Origin: a virus
Virus record (IMG/VR): IMGVR_UViG_3300006224_000008
Coordinates: 1-64,000 of that record
DNA: 64,000 nucleotides
Reading direction: 5' to 3' (one strand)
A program made the position numbers and the translations under genes. The notes below the pieces were generated by a model, which saw nothing but the letters and a program-made list of their open reading frames with translations, was not told the DNA's origin and did no database searches. Shown here piece by piece: positions 20,901-27,264 of this stretch. The first letter of the stretch is position 1. Every line of letters starts with the position of its first letter.

Positions 20901-21587
20901 GGAATGCCCACTCCGACCGAACTGAGCGTTCCAAAGAACAAACTCAAAAACGCGATCTACGCGGGCGATTCTGAAGGTGTCATCAAGTACTTCGCCGAAC
21001 TGCGCAATAAGGCCGTCGAACTCAAGCGCACAGAACCGTTGCGACTCGCGGCTGACATCATGCGCAGCCTCAACCCGTACACGTTGGCACTCATCGGCCA
21101 TCCTACCGAAGTGCAACGTCAGGAATTGCTGGGCAGATTGAGCGACCGTGAGCGTCAGGTCATTCTGGATGCCGAAACCAACTATCTGGCTGCCGCGCAG
21201 TTGGTTGGTGTGCAGTCCCGAATGACCCGCCAGCCTCCTGGTGGCGGCGGTGAGGCCGTCTCAGCGGCCCCTGCGTTTGGCGGCGGTTACGCCGTTGGCG
21301 GCGGTGGTGGCGCCGGGTTGCGCGGTATTACGACCGGCTACGGCGGCGCCGGTGGATTCCCTTCGGTCAGGCGAATCTCGCTTGGCCGCGCTGGTGGAGT
21401 TCCAACCGCTTTCAGGCGTATCTCAACGCGCCGGGGTCCAACCACACGGTTGCGACTCGGTGGCCGCATTGGCAGGCCCCGCCGTTACACCACGGGAAGG
21501 ATAAAACTCCGGCCGCGAAGACTCGGAATGCGGCTTCGGCAGAGGGTTACGTTGCCTCGGACCCGGAGACTGACACTGAGAGTCTGA
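8955..21587 (+). CDS. Giant polyvalent internal virion protein (4210 aa) with ADP-ribosyltransferase-like domain, HExxH zincin-like motif and Arg-rich C-terminus
   Basis: Uninterrupted 12.6-kb ORF. AFHGTPH..F..LGTGEGAQVFGWGLYFAE...GI.Y.D...NYVIWDE (~14980-15800) is ART-PolyVal-like; VHEFLH lies at ~16130; a hydrophobic segment lies near 20400-20460. Confidence 0.85.
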   Translation: MPQVFTSEELGLQPEAKGPAVFTSAQLGLDQEPTAQAPAVLTPQPEIDIGAPINIPPAPSALGAVGETLMSFPKGLGMAASLAGPPLKAAVADVAALAGAGQGGNLAAWSEGEQMPMQRPESPWVKSLPLRVAGSLVETAPKIVGMALGPKGLIGSSLTAAALFGTDEEGNFHPTEALIAAGIPGVMHLAKIGISKGILKAIPSAEIASNPVVQKATEFVGEQAALNAYMTATASPELMRLWRENPEEAKRQIADIVGVNLGFALLGIGNWRRRVPSHTERYLAANQKRYADLTDMLITRAAVGPEAQREIEATIKARMLHWTGDIGIGPRTTPPPLVDRTIEEAQNALLPPALRPQALPPALPRPAVPPRLPGNEPLLTPEQQDRVEARMRADDAARQQEKGPYAPPVRIEPPSGVQQYPGTPQRENVPPYPPEVRPEAGEQAGRGYSIERGGAVPPEAPPPEPQILTSESARSIDEFPPSQQELDALREKIMAGRPEGLTPREKEVLDWQKRQSENLRLLSPENAAKLSEKDFERWAYPRWTEEPISVSDAKDVFEILSALLMRGADRMNIRKVASILAYNVQRETDPAILRKMFERSGDPYTEEEIQKTAEANEEHNRATASYVEAGRAALAEKGKTPAPPPEPQIRGPKRPEDLTPEDGIPYLLNRLGNVERLVSFGPKADRDLFEKERQNILWELYSLDRLPETYVKQGNRWVQARPEPQIKAPESPGLMPESAKPIDWKVELQATIADMRRRIATREEVSGAIAQVRQPLVDEAFRKTIEAWDAVEKEPDPFKKVQLQSLARKADDDAVKFFSKEQKETVFRRMIDGEERVQAAWEKFNLDSVPENVRGIRMRPTDPEKRWFYLITPSTYPDQKGKWQATRIDERGPFGHFNADTPQDAVASLSGRTVKGIGPPWGSVGEWVVERAERIPKGGEAYAKEERVQGPQEVGPQPVLPPVEPGGKVLPSPEAVQPITVRTATGGEISQPRSTEGEKAPEMTVGEAPGQAVPRTASELAALIAVAKRVESRDRQLYEQIKFSGNPRAAAKARAAWRQTKLNVRELQRELKALKGPKGIDISKRMTADVGGERMPDIIDDILANVGTKLSLDSAKQYMEDIEERLKRGGAAAKLFTRKGGLAIDDALAMLIEANPNYRRLETEYDLLDAIFGAAEKRKGARKGEVREEQVLSDRERQTIDFEEAALRQRADTEGVKADTLLIGTKFKLRDVEFEVQDLIFDDNENLLFVVVEDGKRFGTQRVGADWYIFPDKGSLERKEAEVEFVSPEEAAAPEGPTPEWRRLFDEEKITGAQAKTLRAIEADTESIRQIPVGGETETYVRFKNGVIKWVTKTGELAETSRADEAFPSEEGATTPPVSVSRANLIWNAVAAYLESIRAIGAPSDAVIQGVMEITGLDRGEVEPALETLKYEGKIEWQKRLPQQINLIQRPPPAPAAEQPPVEGVPERGPAPPVAPPSPPKPAGPALDLFGQPIAPEKPAAPEPPKGPQEIQGGLEIGTVPSGEPAVKERPLTAAEKKEFRALSLKLRANREEGGEALTTEEAQRYEYLGALAGQKTLGIDVQVGLKGKLKALVAQLASLDQRKPQSRGKRYDKWALDRSDIERQIKKIRSQLTEGQGEDLGTSGPPEEMPNGMFMQRRRRVRQMTDEEVRERWPDPGERLDVFRLYGERPWVAESRTMEFSDAFGTQLEETGDWYIAAWGKSRDEAITEAQRQKRKGWENLPEKKPEPPPAIWAKELWQLTRKELGDNRELLRPKLGVVSDTMHRDAVAQAIRDGKPVPPEVLADFPELAPKPEAPPPAPAAPAKPEFAGGAPEGARVGNYLKKDGRWYRVDAEGNLGKIPTNKKQHDQLEQEFASPTPADTRTPIEILAQAKRVSVKLPEGATVLRGYDAKGRKSDIFIANINKGDNIFRDAGIVRVEAGFINKDKQFKPIKGDIKVSERKPAREGMLPETERQALPEKPPGAPIQMSGNDGFLIPPLETGPREGLPAFHGTPHEVDRFQLKYLGTGEGAQVFGWGLYFAEAREVAERYKQSLSGGEPRSSYRFNGREAWEWQRDFEKAMEYDKASVWERIQLHHPKNAIRVAARAIITDDAESAAKLLKYIETLPDSLFAKERGNIYTVDIAEDSILLDWDRPLREQPQAVRAALARLEEQGDPQGTLHALKAVLAEHLTGSDFYRRLEALRGAKWASEALQSVGINGIRYLDQKSRDFIVQHRPSDGKWYVLSGKPSPGFATEREARDWGYEQSSRNYVIWDESKIRITEKNGKPVSLDEFRQAMPPREGEAVPSRDVILAQADSPEQLLAHVDRPELQIPAEMKALVKALLSHPVAKKIQGLRWAIADVLAGGFEGDFDPHGRLARFSRWAEVKAPVHEFLHDLWYFLQPGERGEFMAMRVEEIRKALKDLPRNAAEIAALEKLLEAPVTSEEFLALKMPRSLYWLANEREFFVSAMQEPLVKRLTTPEAQGAIAKVREYIKGLWDAFKDWTKLSPKTERLFRQIFEGKYEFTPEQGAAAEAREGALPTSPEEFRKQKRLLEPNVAGRTLAGFAEPAKMKMELADQFNLSPRARRMIRLPREAEMYSIAAGELTGIENYVQARDAVPKDNPHLRWGVTHDAITGIDFQEHLGRTLTATYERQLAKVDSPAFQQKIFREAQLALRSDLAAEKEETFRNIIAGKAAALEAQIRNAAGDDARIETLREDLRLTRPLMDWAMAVSQQMDNIVNRVYREYTEFGRAGYWTRWRENATGPKNAEEFFRLYQRARAAEGNPLVERQEVALARLASEILGINFGLADRLLWAERWRREPDFAKAVNELGEKFVKDLRTDPAKAIRGMITREGTLATRAWQAKTAYLAINRDVMRELELLGDLEQAATVMKRLRDSDQWKQLVNTVITDAEGEGVPAVVVDAMRAGKYSSAFNEGTGKQVWVDPKGGFHEVDLNWTPDKAVEAQKKIDGFLTAVNDWIYDDANANSPELAYWRQQADWVRAVYKTASVFAPSAVKSLFVQHSLTMLSPFFRQAKLPAVKVLQDMAENYERAQNIGKQWSVGFDQDNMDKARRAAEAHGFHPISELPLYRSNIFDSLAWHYRHGIAIKPGQKLYGVTVLKEDIDLLKHQGGGLFNLIKRALPIGRKGREAKMQEARLVDQYLKTAFLMRPPQEFGAEPGTTVMRDFSTRGGGFADAVGKNAIDVKQEVKGGKTVETREVNLDKFMQLANLPQYFEPVVWRWISERSRQYNDDTGFEPLLNKLRDRIHEGTNPPRSVEDVLDYITRNSEASPEEVKKAIVGNMAKETFSYYRNFIEKPSGRSLTVRALRATSQGPFNTAFDHDIGSSFFYDYGMFSTQEVRAAAVDATMFYLERVEAAMRSTLDVYDEALRQFRETRSGSPERKALMQQNRALFRSGDDFRDYSALRGQRDELQWFMENLPIWSKQNISRNEGLNTLYRVIGDSVVSKLAGWKTVSRVFTGSAVKQGFVFSAIDRLYGTSYLKSALSMALSAYDIALKGPAMYLARRAGLAEKRKEKFSGVAEEIFREGKFFDPLYDLGMGTKTPLLNTIKNNLAMPYTHGRGYDPKFSTNAGIALLQKGAYRLLSGAETPLEVLRTIFPTLGYSVAYDSVARQAFNAISVIERQARRSFELHEEAGTLGRFDLNDPRNPKNVLPASDILPRGLFPKTQTQLAQARELFKRGTDGDLNDFVMEFWAKLARTPKDQRGEVHLLSADAKTPEEAARLQTNRSLGIAAIGLLDIHHAGFTNRMWVMRGSSMWRLMQPIAGWTFQSTRQLFELFGKSATDPALRPAVATALTAIMVLAGLAAMGIGGDLEKRLFDELEWIINKRVDPVRYFGMGRDWKENTIIALTGIFTYITVLSGYLERLMSEKGNRTSVTDQMFVLSLANSMVRYVSGVIHTKDPNYGLAGFVTREIPSLKPLIRRTSANEGLTNVENAITAIQRFAPKDLIRQTTGGFGMPTPTELSVPKNKLKNAIYAGDSEGVIKYFAELRNKAVELKRTEPLRLAADIMRSLNPYTLALIGHPTEVQRQELLGRLSDRERQVILDAETNYLAAAQLVGVQSRMTRQPPGGGGEAVSAAPAFGGGYAVGGGGGAGLRGITTGYGGAGGFPSVRRISLGRAGGVPTAFRRISTRRGPTTRLRLGGRIGRPRRYTTGRIKLRPRRLGMRLRQRVTLPRTRRLTLRV
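10168..10359 (+). CDS. Small basic phage protein overprinted in the +1 frame of the giant gene (MPLQSGSSRQVVSSNIREL...KQAVAIALNEAG)
   Basis: AAAGGA 4 nt before ATG; matches the recurrent phage small-protein pattern MPL..G.S...(I/V)S.NIRE....KQAVAIAL..A. Confidence 0.75.
   Translation: MPLQSGSSRQVVSSNIRELHSGKTYRHTLRKFGRKRANKQAVAIALNEAGLSRRKRRHLSLKS
10332..11133 (+). repeat. Three dispersed direct repeats encoding PEPQI
   Basis: gcgccgccacctgagcctca is identical at 10332-10351 and 10878-10897; acctgagcctcagataa is identical at 10886-10902 and 11117-11133. Confidence 0.9.
11779..11817 (+). CDS. Candidate overprinted micropeptide MPKKKGCKGRKK (+1 frame)
   Basis: SD-like GAAAGGTGGTGA upstream; 7 of 12 residues are basic; TAG stop. 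Confidence 0.4.
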   Translation: MPKKKGCKGRKK

Positions 21588-21624
21588 CCTCCTCTGCTTC
21601 TACATGCCTGAATACTGAAAGCTT

Positions 21625-21661
21625 TTGACTCGCGGCCAGTTGTGGCTGCAAACTGGCTGCC
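21625..21661 (+). promoter_or_regulatory. Putative sigma70-like promoter with overlapping inverted repeat; leaderless start
   Basis: TTGACT-18 nt-CAAACT-7 nt-ATG; inverted repeat gcggccagtt/aactggctgc. Confidence 0.4.
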
Positions 21662-22081
21662 ATGAGCGGGCCAAGCCCTGAGTTCCTCCGTCACATGAAG
21701 GGGATGCTGCCGTCCTTCATCAAAGGCATCGCCGAAAAGGTGGCTATCGGCCGCGGCATCAAAGCACCCAAACGCTTATCACCAAAGAAGGTCTGCACAC
21801 TCTGTACCAAGCTGTTCGACAAGGTCGAAGTCGATGCTGGCAAGGAACCGCCCCTGGAGATGGGGAGATGTCCGGAGTGCGAGGAGAAACTCAAGGACGG
21901 TTTCGTCGCGGTGGTAGCGCCGAACAAACTCGCCTTCGTAAAATCGGAACGGCTAAAGGATCTTGCCGGTAACACCGTCCAGGTGTCAGCCGAGAATTTC
22001 CTCCGAATTCAACAGGAGTACCTCAACAACTGGGCACCCGAAAATGCACACGCCAACAAACCTGCTGGGCCTGCTCGATAA
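21662..22081 (+). CDS. Hypothetical protein with two CxxC pairs (putative Zn ribbon)
   Basis: CTLC and CPEC motifs. Confidence 0.7.
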   Translation: MSGPSPEFLRHMKGMLPSFIKGIAEKVAIGRGIKAPKRLSPKKVCTLCTKLFDKVEVDAGKEPPLEMGRCPECEEKLKDGFVAVVAPNKLAFVKSERLKDLAGNTVQVSAENFLRIQQEYLNNWAPENAHANKPAGPAR

Positions 22082-22442
22082 GTGCCCGCCGTTCCTCGTT
22101 TTCGCACTGGCCAGACGTGGTACCGATAAACGACCGAAATTTGATGACATCGTGAAGGCATCCGGCCTGTCGGAGCGCACGTTCATCCGAATCGCATGTC
22201 GTTTTTCGTGGCGCGAGGTCAAGGTGAAGCACATTGACGGCTTTTGCCGGGCGTGCGGGGTAGACCCCTTCAATCTCGAACCGCACCTGGGGTTCCTGAG
22301 ACGGTCACTGACATCGGACAAACCTTTCGCCTACATGACCTCGCAGCAACTGGCGAGGTTCAATGACCATTGTAGTCGGATTGCCGATTTCGCGAGGGCT
22401 ACGGTTTCTGGAGCGCCATCGCGTCAAAGTCAATCTTCATGA
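22044..22442 (+). CDS. Putative Cro/CI-type helix-turn-helix protein
   Basis: FDDIVKASGLSERTFIRI...IDGFCRACGVDP resembles an XRE HTH; start set at MHTPTN. Confidence 0.6.
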   Translation: MHTPTNLLGLLDKCPPFLVFALARRGTDKRPKFDDIVKASGLSERTFIRIACRFSWREVKVKHIDGFCRACGVDPFNLEPHLGFLRRSLTSDKPFAYMTSQQLARFNDHCSRIADFARATVSGAPSRQSQSS

Positions 22443-24234
22443 GGTAAGCACTCCCACCAACTGCCGCAGTCCCGGTCGAACTGGAAATCATGATCTCGAA
22501 ATAGATGTGCCGACCCTCCACGTACATCGGCCATTCGCACCCTTCCGACTGCCTTAACTTCTGGGATGTCAAATTTGTATTGGTGAATTCCTCCTCGCAG
22601 CGAAGGTCCTTGTTTTCGTAATCGTTCCACTGGGGAGAACACTTTGGAGCCGTGCTATTGGGGTCTGTCCTGTTCCATGAGTGCCCAAGGCGCAGCCGGA
22701 TCACTGGCGGCGTGGTTTCCTCGATGGTCTCACGGTCAACGTACACCTGTTGCACTCGTTTCTCCCGGTCGTAAAAGCCTAATGGCGCTTCCGCCCGGAG
22801 AATCGATACGTAACCATCGCTGCGGTACAGGGTACCGATTAGGGCGTCAACCGGCAGGTCCACCGTGACGTTCGACATATCGTCGATGATCAGGAACTCG
22901 CGGTAGTAGGAGCCCCCGATGTTTTTGATTGCGTAATCCACGCCGCTCGCACCAAAGAAATACTGGGTCTCGTTGCACACGCCCGCGGCCGTAGGCGTAT
23001 CCCGGAAGTTCGTAAAGGCCGTAAAACCGGTGTCAACCACGTCCGCCGTCTTTTGCTTAATGTTCGCAACCATCGTCCAGTTGTTGACGGAGAGAGTCCC
23101 GCTGGGCCAGCTAAACCAGATCTCATCCTTGCTGGGCAGGAGTGCTGCGACAGGTGCGTAGCAGTGCGTGCCACCCATGGCTGTTGCTTGGTCGGTAAAC
23201 ATCACGCCGGTTGACAGGTGCAGCCAATCGACGCGTTCCGGTTTTGGAATGTAGGGATCGAATCGGTACACGCCTTCCCGGCTGCAATACCAGTGCTCAG
23301 AGCCGGTGCTTACGAGTGTCTCCGGGTAGAAGAGGCAACCTACCTGATTCTGCGGCTCGCTATAGATCCGAGTGAACGTGAAAACCTCGTCAGCAGTGAG
23401 CGTGCTTGGCGTCATCTTCCAGATGCTGCGCCGCGTGTAGATGTAGACGTCTCGTAGAATGTGCGCGGCGCCAAGAATGTCGTCGCCGTAGGGCAAGTCC
23501 TGAGTCCCGCAAAGCGGCTCGACCTCCGGTGGATCGGCATCGGGATCGAAGTAAGGGTCCCACGCCATTCCGTCGTTAATGTCCGACCACGCGATACGTG
23601 TTGGCTGCGCCACCCCATCCTGCACCACGTTCATCAGGACGAGAAATCCGTTAAACTCGATGGCGATTTTCGCCGCTGTGATTTTGATCGTGGTTTTTAG
23701 CTCACTAACCTCGGTTGTGGTGCCTGCCGCGAGGTCGTGTGCCAGAATGTTGTTCACACCATTCGTGAAGTACAACACGTTCTGGAGTTGGGCGGCCTTC
23801 CATCGGCTTCCGTACGCACCGTAAGCAACATCAGGAAGTTGAATGTCGGTCCAATGTCCCGTTGTGGTGTTCAGCTTCGAAAGCCTGCTCTGCGTGCCGT
23901 CAAACAGGATGCGTTGCCCGCTGTCGGTCGTGCATTCGTGGAGAAACGTTATCGGTTCGCGTGTGGCACCCTGGGCATGATGGTCGTGATTGTGGTAATA
24001 CCACCCGCTGCGGTCATCACTTTGCTCAATCGGAACACCCCACTGGTCGTACAATTTCGAGGCAAATGGATGCTCAAAACCGGCACGTCGTTTCAACCTG
24101 CCGTCGCTGGTGGCCTCCATGTTGAGTTTCCAGCGCCACGCCCCCGGTTGAACCTCGGTGGGGTCCGACCGCACGTCCAGCGGGCCGGTCAGCGGATGGA
24201 GCGAGATCGTTGACCAAACATCTTTCTTAGCCAT
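22399..24234 (-). CDS. Putative tail nozzle/hub protein (P22 gp10 / T7 gp12-like position), beta-propeller
   Basis: 611 aa with the N-terminal LNM...GRLKRRAG motif and RIAWSDIND typical of podophage stabilisation/tubular-B proteins. Confidence 0.6.
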   Translation of the reverse strand: MAKKDVWSTISLHPLTGPLDVRSDPTEVQPGAWRWKLNMEATSDGRLKRRAGFEHPFASKLYDQWGVPIEQSDDRSGWYYHNHDHHAQGATREPITFLHECTTDSGQRILFDGTQSRLSKLNTTTGHWTDIQLPDVAYGAYGSRWKAAQLQNVLYFTNGVNNILAHDLAAGTTTEVSELKTTIKITAAKIAIEFNGFLVLMNVVQDGVAQPTRIAWSDINDGMAWDPYFDPDADPPEVEPLCGTQDLPYGDDILGAAHILRDVYIYTRRSIWKMTPSTLTADEVFTFTRIYSEPQNQVGCLFYPETLVSTGSEHWYCSREGVYRFDPYIPKPERVDWLHLSTGVMFTDQATAMGGTHCYAPVAALLPSKDEIWFSWPSGTLSVNNWTMVANIKQKTADVVDTGFTAFTNFRDTPTAAGVCNETQYFFGASGVDYAIKNIGGSYYREFLIIDDMSNVTVDLPVDALIGTLYRSDGYVSILRAEAPLGFYDREKRVQQVYVDRETIEETTPPVIRLRLGHSWNRTDPNSTAPKCSPQWNDYENKDLRCEEEFTNTNLTSQKLRQSEGCEWPMYVEGRHIYFEIMISSSTGTAAVGGSAYLMKIDFDAMALQKP

Positions 24235-24268
24235 AACGGGTCACCTGTCTTGCCGGAATACCCGGAGA

Positions 24269-25216
24269 CTACCCCTTATCGCCGGGCAGTGGAATATCAA
24301 AACGTCGGACGTACTCCATGAAATCAATCTGGAAAATCGACGCGTTGCGCGTTCGTTCATACTCAACCAGATACCAGTTCTCCTTGATCATCTCCGTTGC
24401 CCTGATGCACTCCGTATGGTCGTAGACCAGTCGCATTCGGGCAATCAAGGTCTCCGCCAGATCAGGCGCCAGCAGTGTGTGACAGGCGAACATCTTGTTG
24501 TACAACGTGTACCCGGCTCGCACCGTAAACCCCTGTTTTTCGCCGGGACTCCAGAACCGGTGCCCAATGGCGATGTCCTCAAGCATCTGGATTTTGCCAC
24601 CGGCGAGGTAAGTCTTGATGGAGATCATGGCTTCATCGCAGCCCCAGTACCGGAGGAAGCGCAGGGGGGAGATAAGGTCGAACCACGATTTTGCAATCAA
24701 GTAGCCTGCCCCCATCAGACACGGGACCGATCCGCCTTCGAATGTGGATGGCCTTTTGCTCCAGTTGACCTCGAACACCTGTTTCTGCTTTGGGTGTACA
24801 GGGTCTGGGCCATACAGGTTCAAGGTCGCGCCGTAGCGATACACCGCCTTGGCGCTGGCCAGGGTCGGATGGAACTTGTCCAGGGCAGCGCACGCGCAGC
24901 AGTAGACCGTCTCGTGCGGTTGGCCGCTGAGCATGGGCAGAAGTCGATCATACCATCCGGCCGGGAACCGCATGTGCCCGTCCACCAAGAGAATCCAGGG
25001 CCTTTTGGCGTAGAGAACGCCGATATTCCGCGACGGGCCGCAGCCGCACCGGAACCGATTGTGCACAACGCCGGTCGCGCCTTTTACATGGACTTTCGTC
25101 GAACTGCAATCGTCCACCACGATGATTTCAACATGGTCCCCGGCAGTCTCCCGAATCGAATCGACCGTATTCTGAAGGTCGGGCTCGTTGACGGCGGCAA
25201 TGATGATCGAGATCAT
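24269..25216 (-). CDS. GT-A glycosyltransferase, polypeptide GalNAc-transferase-like
   Basis: SIIIAAVNE; EIIVVDDCS; RNIG; DGH (DxH); PCLMGAGYLI; WGCDE..IS.KTYLAGG; IGHRF. These motifs parallel the GT27 catalytic domain. Confidence 0.85.
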   Translation of the reverse strand: MISIIIAAVNEPDLQNTVDSIRETAGDHVEIIVVDDCSSTKVHVKGATGVVHNRFRCGCGPSRNIGVLYAKRPWILLVDGHMRFPAGWYDRLLPMLSGQPHETVYCCACAALDKFHPTLASAKAVYRYGATLNLYGPDPVHPKQKQVFEVNWSKRPSTFEGGSVPCLMGAGYLIAKSWFDLISPLRFLRYWGCDEAMISIKTYLAGGKIQMLEDIAIGHRFWSPGEKQGFTVRAGYTLYNKMFACHTLLAPDLAETLIARMRLVYDHTECIRATEMIKENWYLVEYERTRNASIFQIDFMEYVRRFDIPLPGDKG

Positions 25217-26019
25217 AATTTGGTCACCATTGCGCGCTCATCTGCCCAATGGAAAAACGGCTGAAGCCTAGTCGGCCATGGCCCCTGGTATGCCTGTAAA
25301 CGTTCCCAGCGCTTCACAGCGTCCGCGTACCCGTAGTATTGTTCCTTCTGCTCCACTTGCCAGCGGAACGCATAGCTGTAGTGGTCGAACCCAATGCCCC
25401 ACTGCGCGCAGAAGTCTCTCTCCGCGCACTTCTCCTTCGGCCCGTTCGCGCCCGTCAGGAAAGGAGGTTCGTGTGACGTGAAGGTCATCCCTGGTTCGTA
25501 CCGCCATGCCCTGAGCCACTCCCCCGGATTTGCCCCGTAGCAGTTCCTGCCAACCGTGATCAGGCGCGGGCCAACGAAGAATCGGCAATGGAATCTGGCG
25601 CACGTGTAGCCTTCAGCCGGGTCGGAGAGCATCGCACAGACCGCCTCGATGTTGCCCGGCATCCAGATTTCGTCCGCGTCAATCTGCATCAGGATGCAGG
25701 GTTCCTTCAGGCGCCTCAGAACGCAATTATACATCGACACTTTGCCGGGCCAAAGCGCCTGGGTTGTGTGATGAACGCGCCGGTGGGATTTTGCTAGACC
25801 AGCCAGGAACTCAGTGGTGCCATCCACACTCAACCGCGGCTTTGGCTTCTGGCACCAAGCGGTGCACTTCACGTTATCAGCGGCGCCCTCAACGATCCAC
25901 CAGTGCCAATCGACCTCTGGCGGCAAAGCGTTGAAGCAAAACAACTGCGCCGGGAGAAACGGCATTGCATCGAGTGCAATCGTAATTATGTTCAAATTCA
26001 TACTCTGGTGGCCCAGCAT
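25213..26019 (-). CDS. GT-A fold glycosyltransferase-like protein
   Basis: WWIVEG, SVDGTTEFL, MQIDADEIW (DxD), FDHYSY; exact start uncertain. Confidence 0.75.
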   Translation of the reverse strand: MLGHQSMNLNIITIALDAMPFLPAQLFCFNALPPEVDWHWWIVEGAADNVKCTAWCQKPKPRLSVDGTTEFLAGLAKSHRRVHHTTQALWPGKVSMYNCVLRRLKEPCILMQIDADEIWMPGNIEAVCAMLSDPAEGYTCARFHCRFFVGPRLITVGRNCYGANPGEWLRAWRYEPGMTFTSHEPPFLTGANGPKEKCAERDFCAQWGIGFDHYSYAFRWQVEQKEQYYGYADAVKRWERLQAYQGPWPTRLQPFFHWADERAMVTKL

Positions 26020-26534
26020 TGAAACGATGTCTTCTGCGCCTCCGGCAGCAGCTCATCGACAGCCTGTTTGACCCCTGGGTACGTGTCACCGTAATCGTGC
26101 CCCGCCAGGAACCCTCCGGGCCGGATCTTTGGCTTCCAACAGCGGATGTCATCCTTCACGGAAGCGTAATCATGGGCAGCGTCGATAAAAACAGCGCCCA
26201 GTCCATTCTGCACCAAACGTGCCGCTGTGACTGAGGAGCACCGCAGCGGAATGACAAGGTCATCCAGTTTCATCTCGTGGACGTTGGCTGAGAAGGTACC
26301 AAACGGATTTACCACCGTAAGGCCATCGTCGCGCTCATAAATGTCTGGCCACAGGTCAACACAGAGGAGTTTTATATCTTTGCCGGACGCACGGATTCTT
26401 TCACCAAGATAGCAGGCCGATTTTCCAAGGTAAGAACCGACCTCTACGATGTTGTCGCCGGGCGCGAGCAGTTCGACGAACTTATCGTACACGTCCGGGA
26501 AGTCGAAGAAGCCATCGATGTCTGCCCATGTCAT
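25998..26534 (-). CDS. Class I SAM methyltransferase (Methyltransf_24-like)
   Basis: VEVGSYLGKS, VFIDAAHDY, PGGFLAGHDY. Confidence 0.9.
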   Translation of the reverse strand: MTWADIDGFFDFPDVYDKFVELLAPGDNIVEVGSYLGKSACYLGERIRASGKDIKLLCVDLWPDIYERDDGLTVVNPFGTFSANVHEMKLDDLVIPLRCSSVTAARLVQNGLGAVFIDAAHDYASVKDDIRCWKPKIRPGGFLAGHDYGDTYPGVKQAVDELLPEAQKTSFQCWATRV

Positions 26535-26547
26535 ATTGCGATTTTGG

Positions 26548-27264
26548 TTAATGGTTCGAGAAGACCGCCACGTTGTTCGGCATCCCTTCGAGCGTGATCA
26601 GGTCGTGCGTCCTCAGGTCAATCAGTTCGGCGGGAGTGAGTTTTTGCAGATAGAACACTTCGTCCGTCAGTCGGTACGGCCGATCACGGTCATAACCAAA
26701 ACTGTATTCGGCATAGTCCTCCGGATTCATCGACATCATCCGCGCTATTTTCAGTTCGGGAACGCGACTGGGAACCGTCTCCGGCCCTTGCAGCAGGTAC
26801 GAGTAGACGAACTGGGGGATAAACTTATGGCGTACGAGAAAGATCGTGGTCGAACAATTGAATACCTTGTTCCGCCCGAAGATGGCGTTCTTGTTTCCCA
26901 TCTCGCGGTACATCCGATCCACAAAAGGTCCAAACACCAGCGCATCCTGCTCTACATAGAGAAAATCCATCTCGTTGGCATAGGCAATCCAAAGCCCAAT
27001 CATCCACATAGTCGCGCACCCAGACATAACGATCCCCGGTTTGCTGCCGTTCAGCAAGGAGCCCGATCCGCCAAGATTGCCGCTCAGGCAGATCCATTCG
27101 CCCTGACCGGCTGTTGCCACGCAATCGGCTGAAGCGATAATGAAGACGCGACGTGGTTGGGCATGACGCAGGTTTGTTCTCCACCACAGTCGGTGGAACC
27201 AGTCGGCACCCCTGCCGGTCTGCGAGTGATACCCAGAGACAATGATGTAGTGAGGGGTGGTCAT
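26548..27264 (-). CDS. Putative glycosyltransferase-like protein
   Basis: DFLYVEQDALVFG (DxD-like) within the glycosylation cluster. Confidence 0.55.
   Translation of the reverse strand: MTTPHYIIVSGYHSQTGRGADWFHRLWWRTNLRHAQPRRVFIIASADCVATAGQGEWICLSGNLGGSGSLLNGSKPGIVMSGCATMWMIGLWIAYANEMDFLYVEQDALVFGPFVDRMYREMGNKNAIFGRNKVFNCSTTIFLVRHKFIPQFVYSYLLQGPETVPSRVPELKIARMMSMNPEDYAEYSFGYDRDRPYRLTDEVFYLQKLTPAELIDLRTHDLITLEGMPNNVAVFSNH

Noticed and set aside
8955-21587. Virion RNA polymerase or tape measure identity for the giant ORF
   Set aside because: No DxDGD or T7-type polymerase motifs and no tape-measure periodicity recognised by eye; a divergent domain cannot be excluded.
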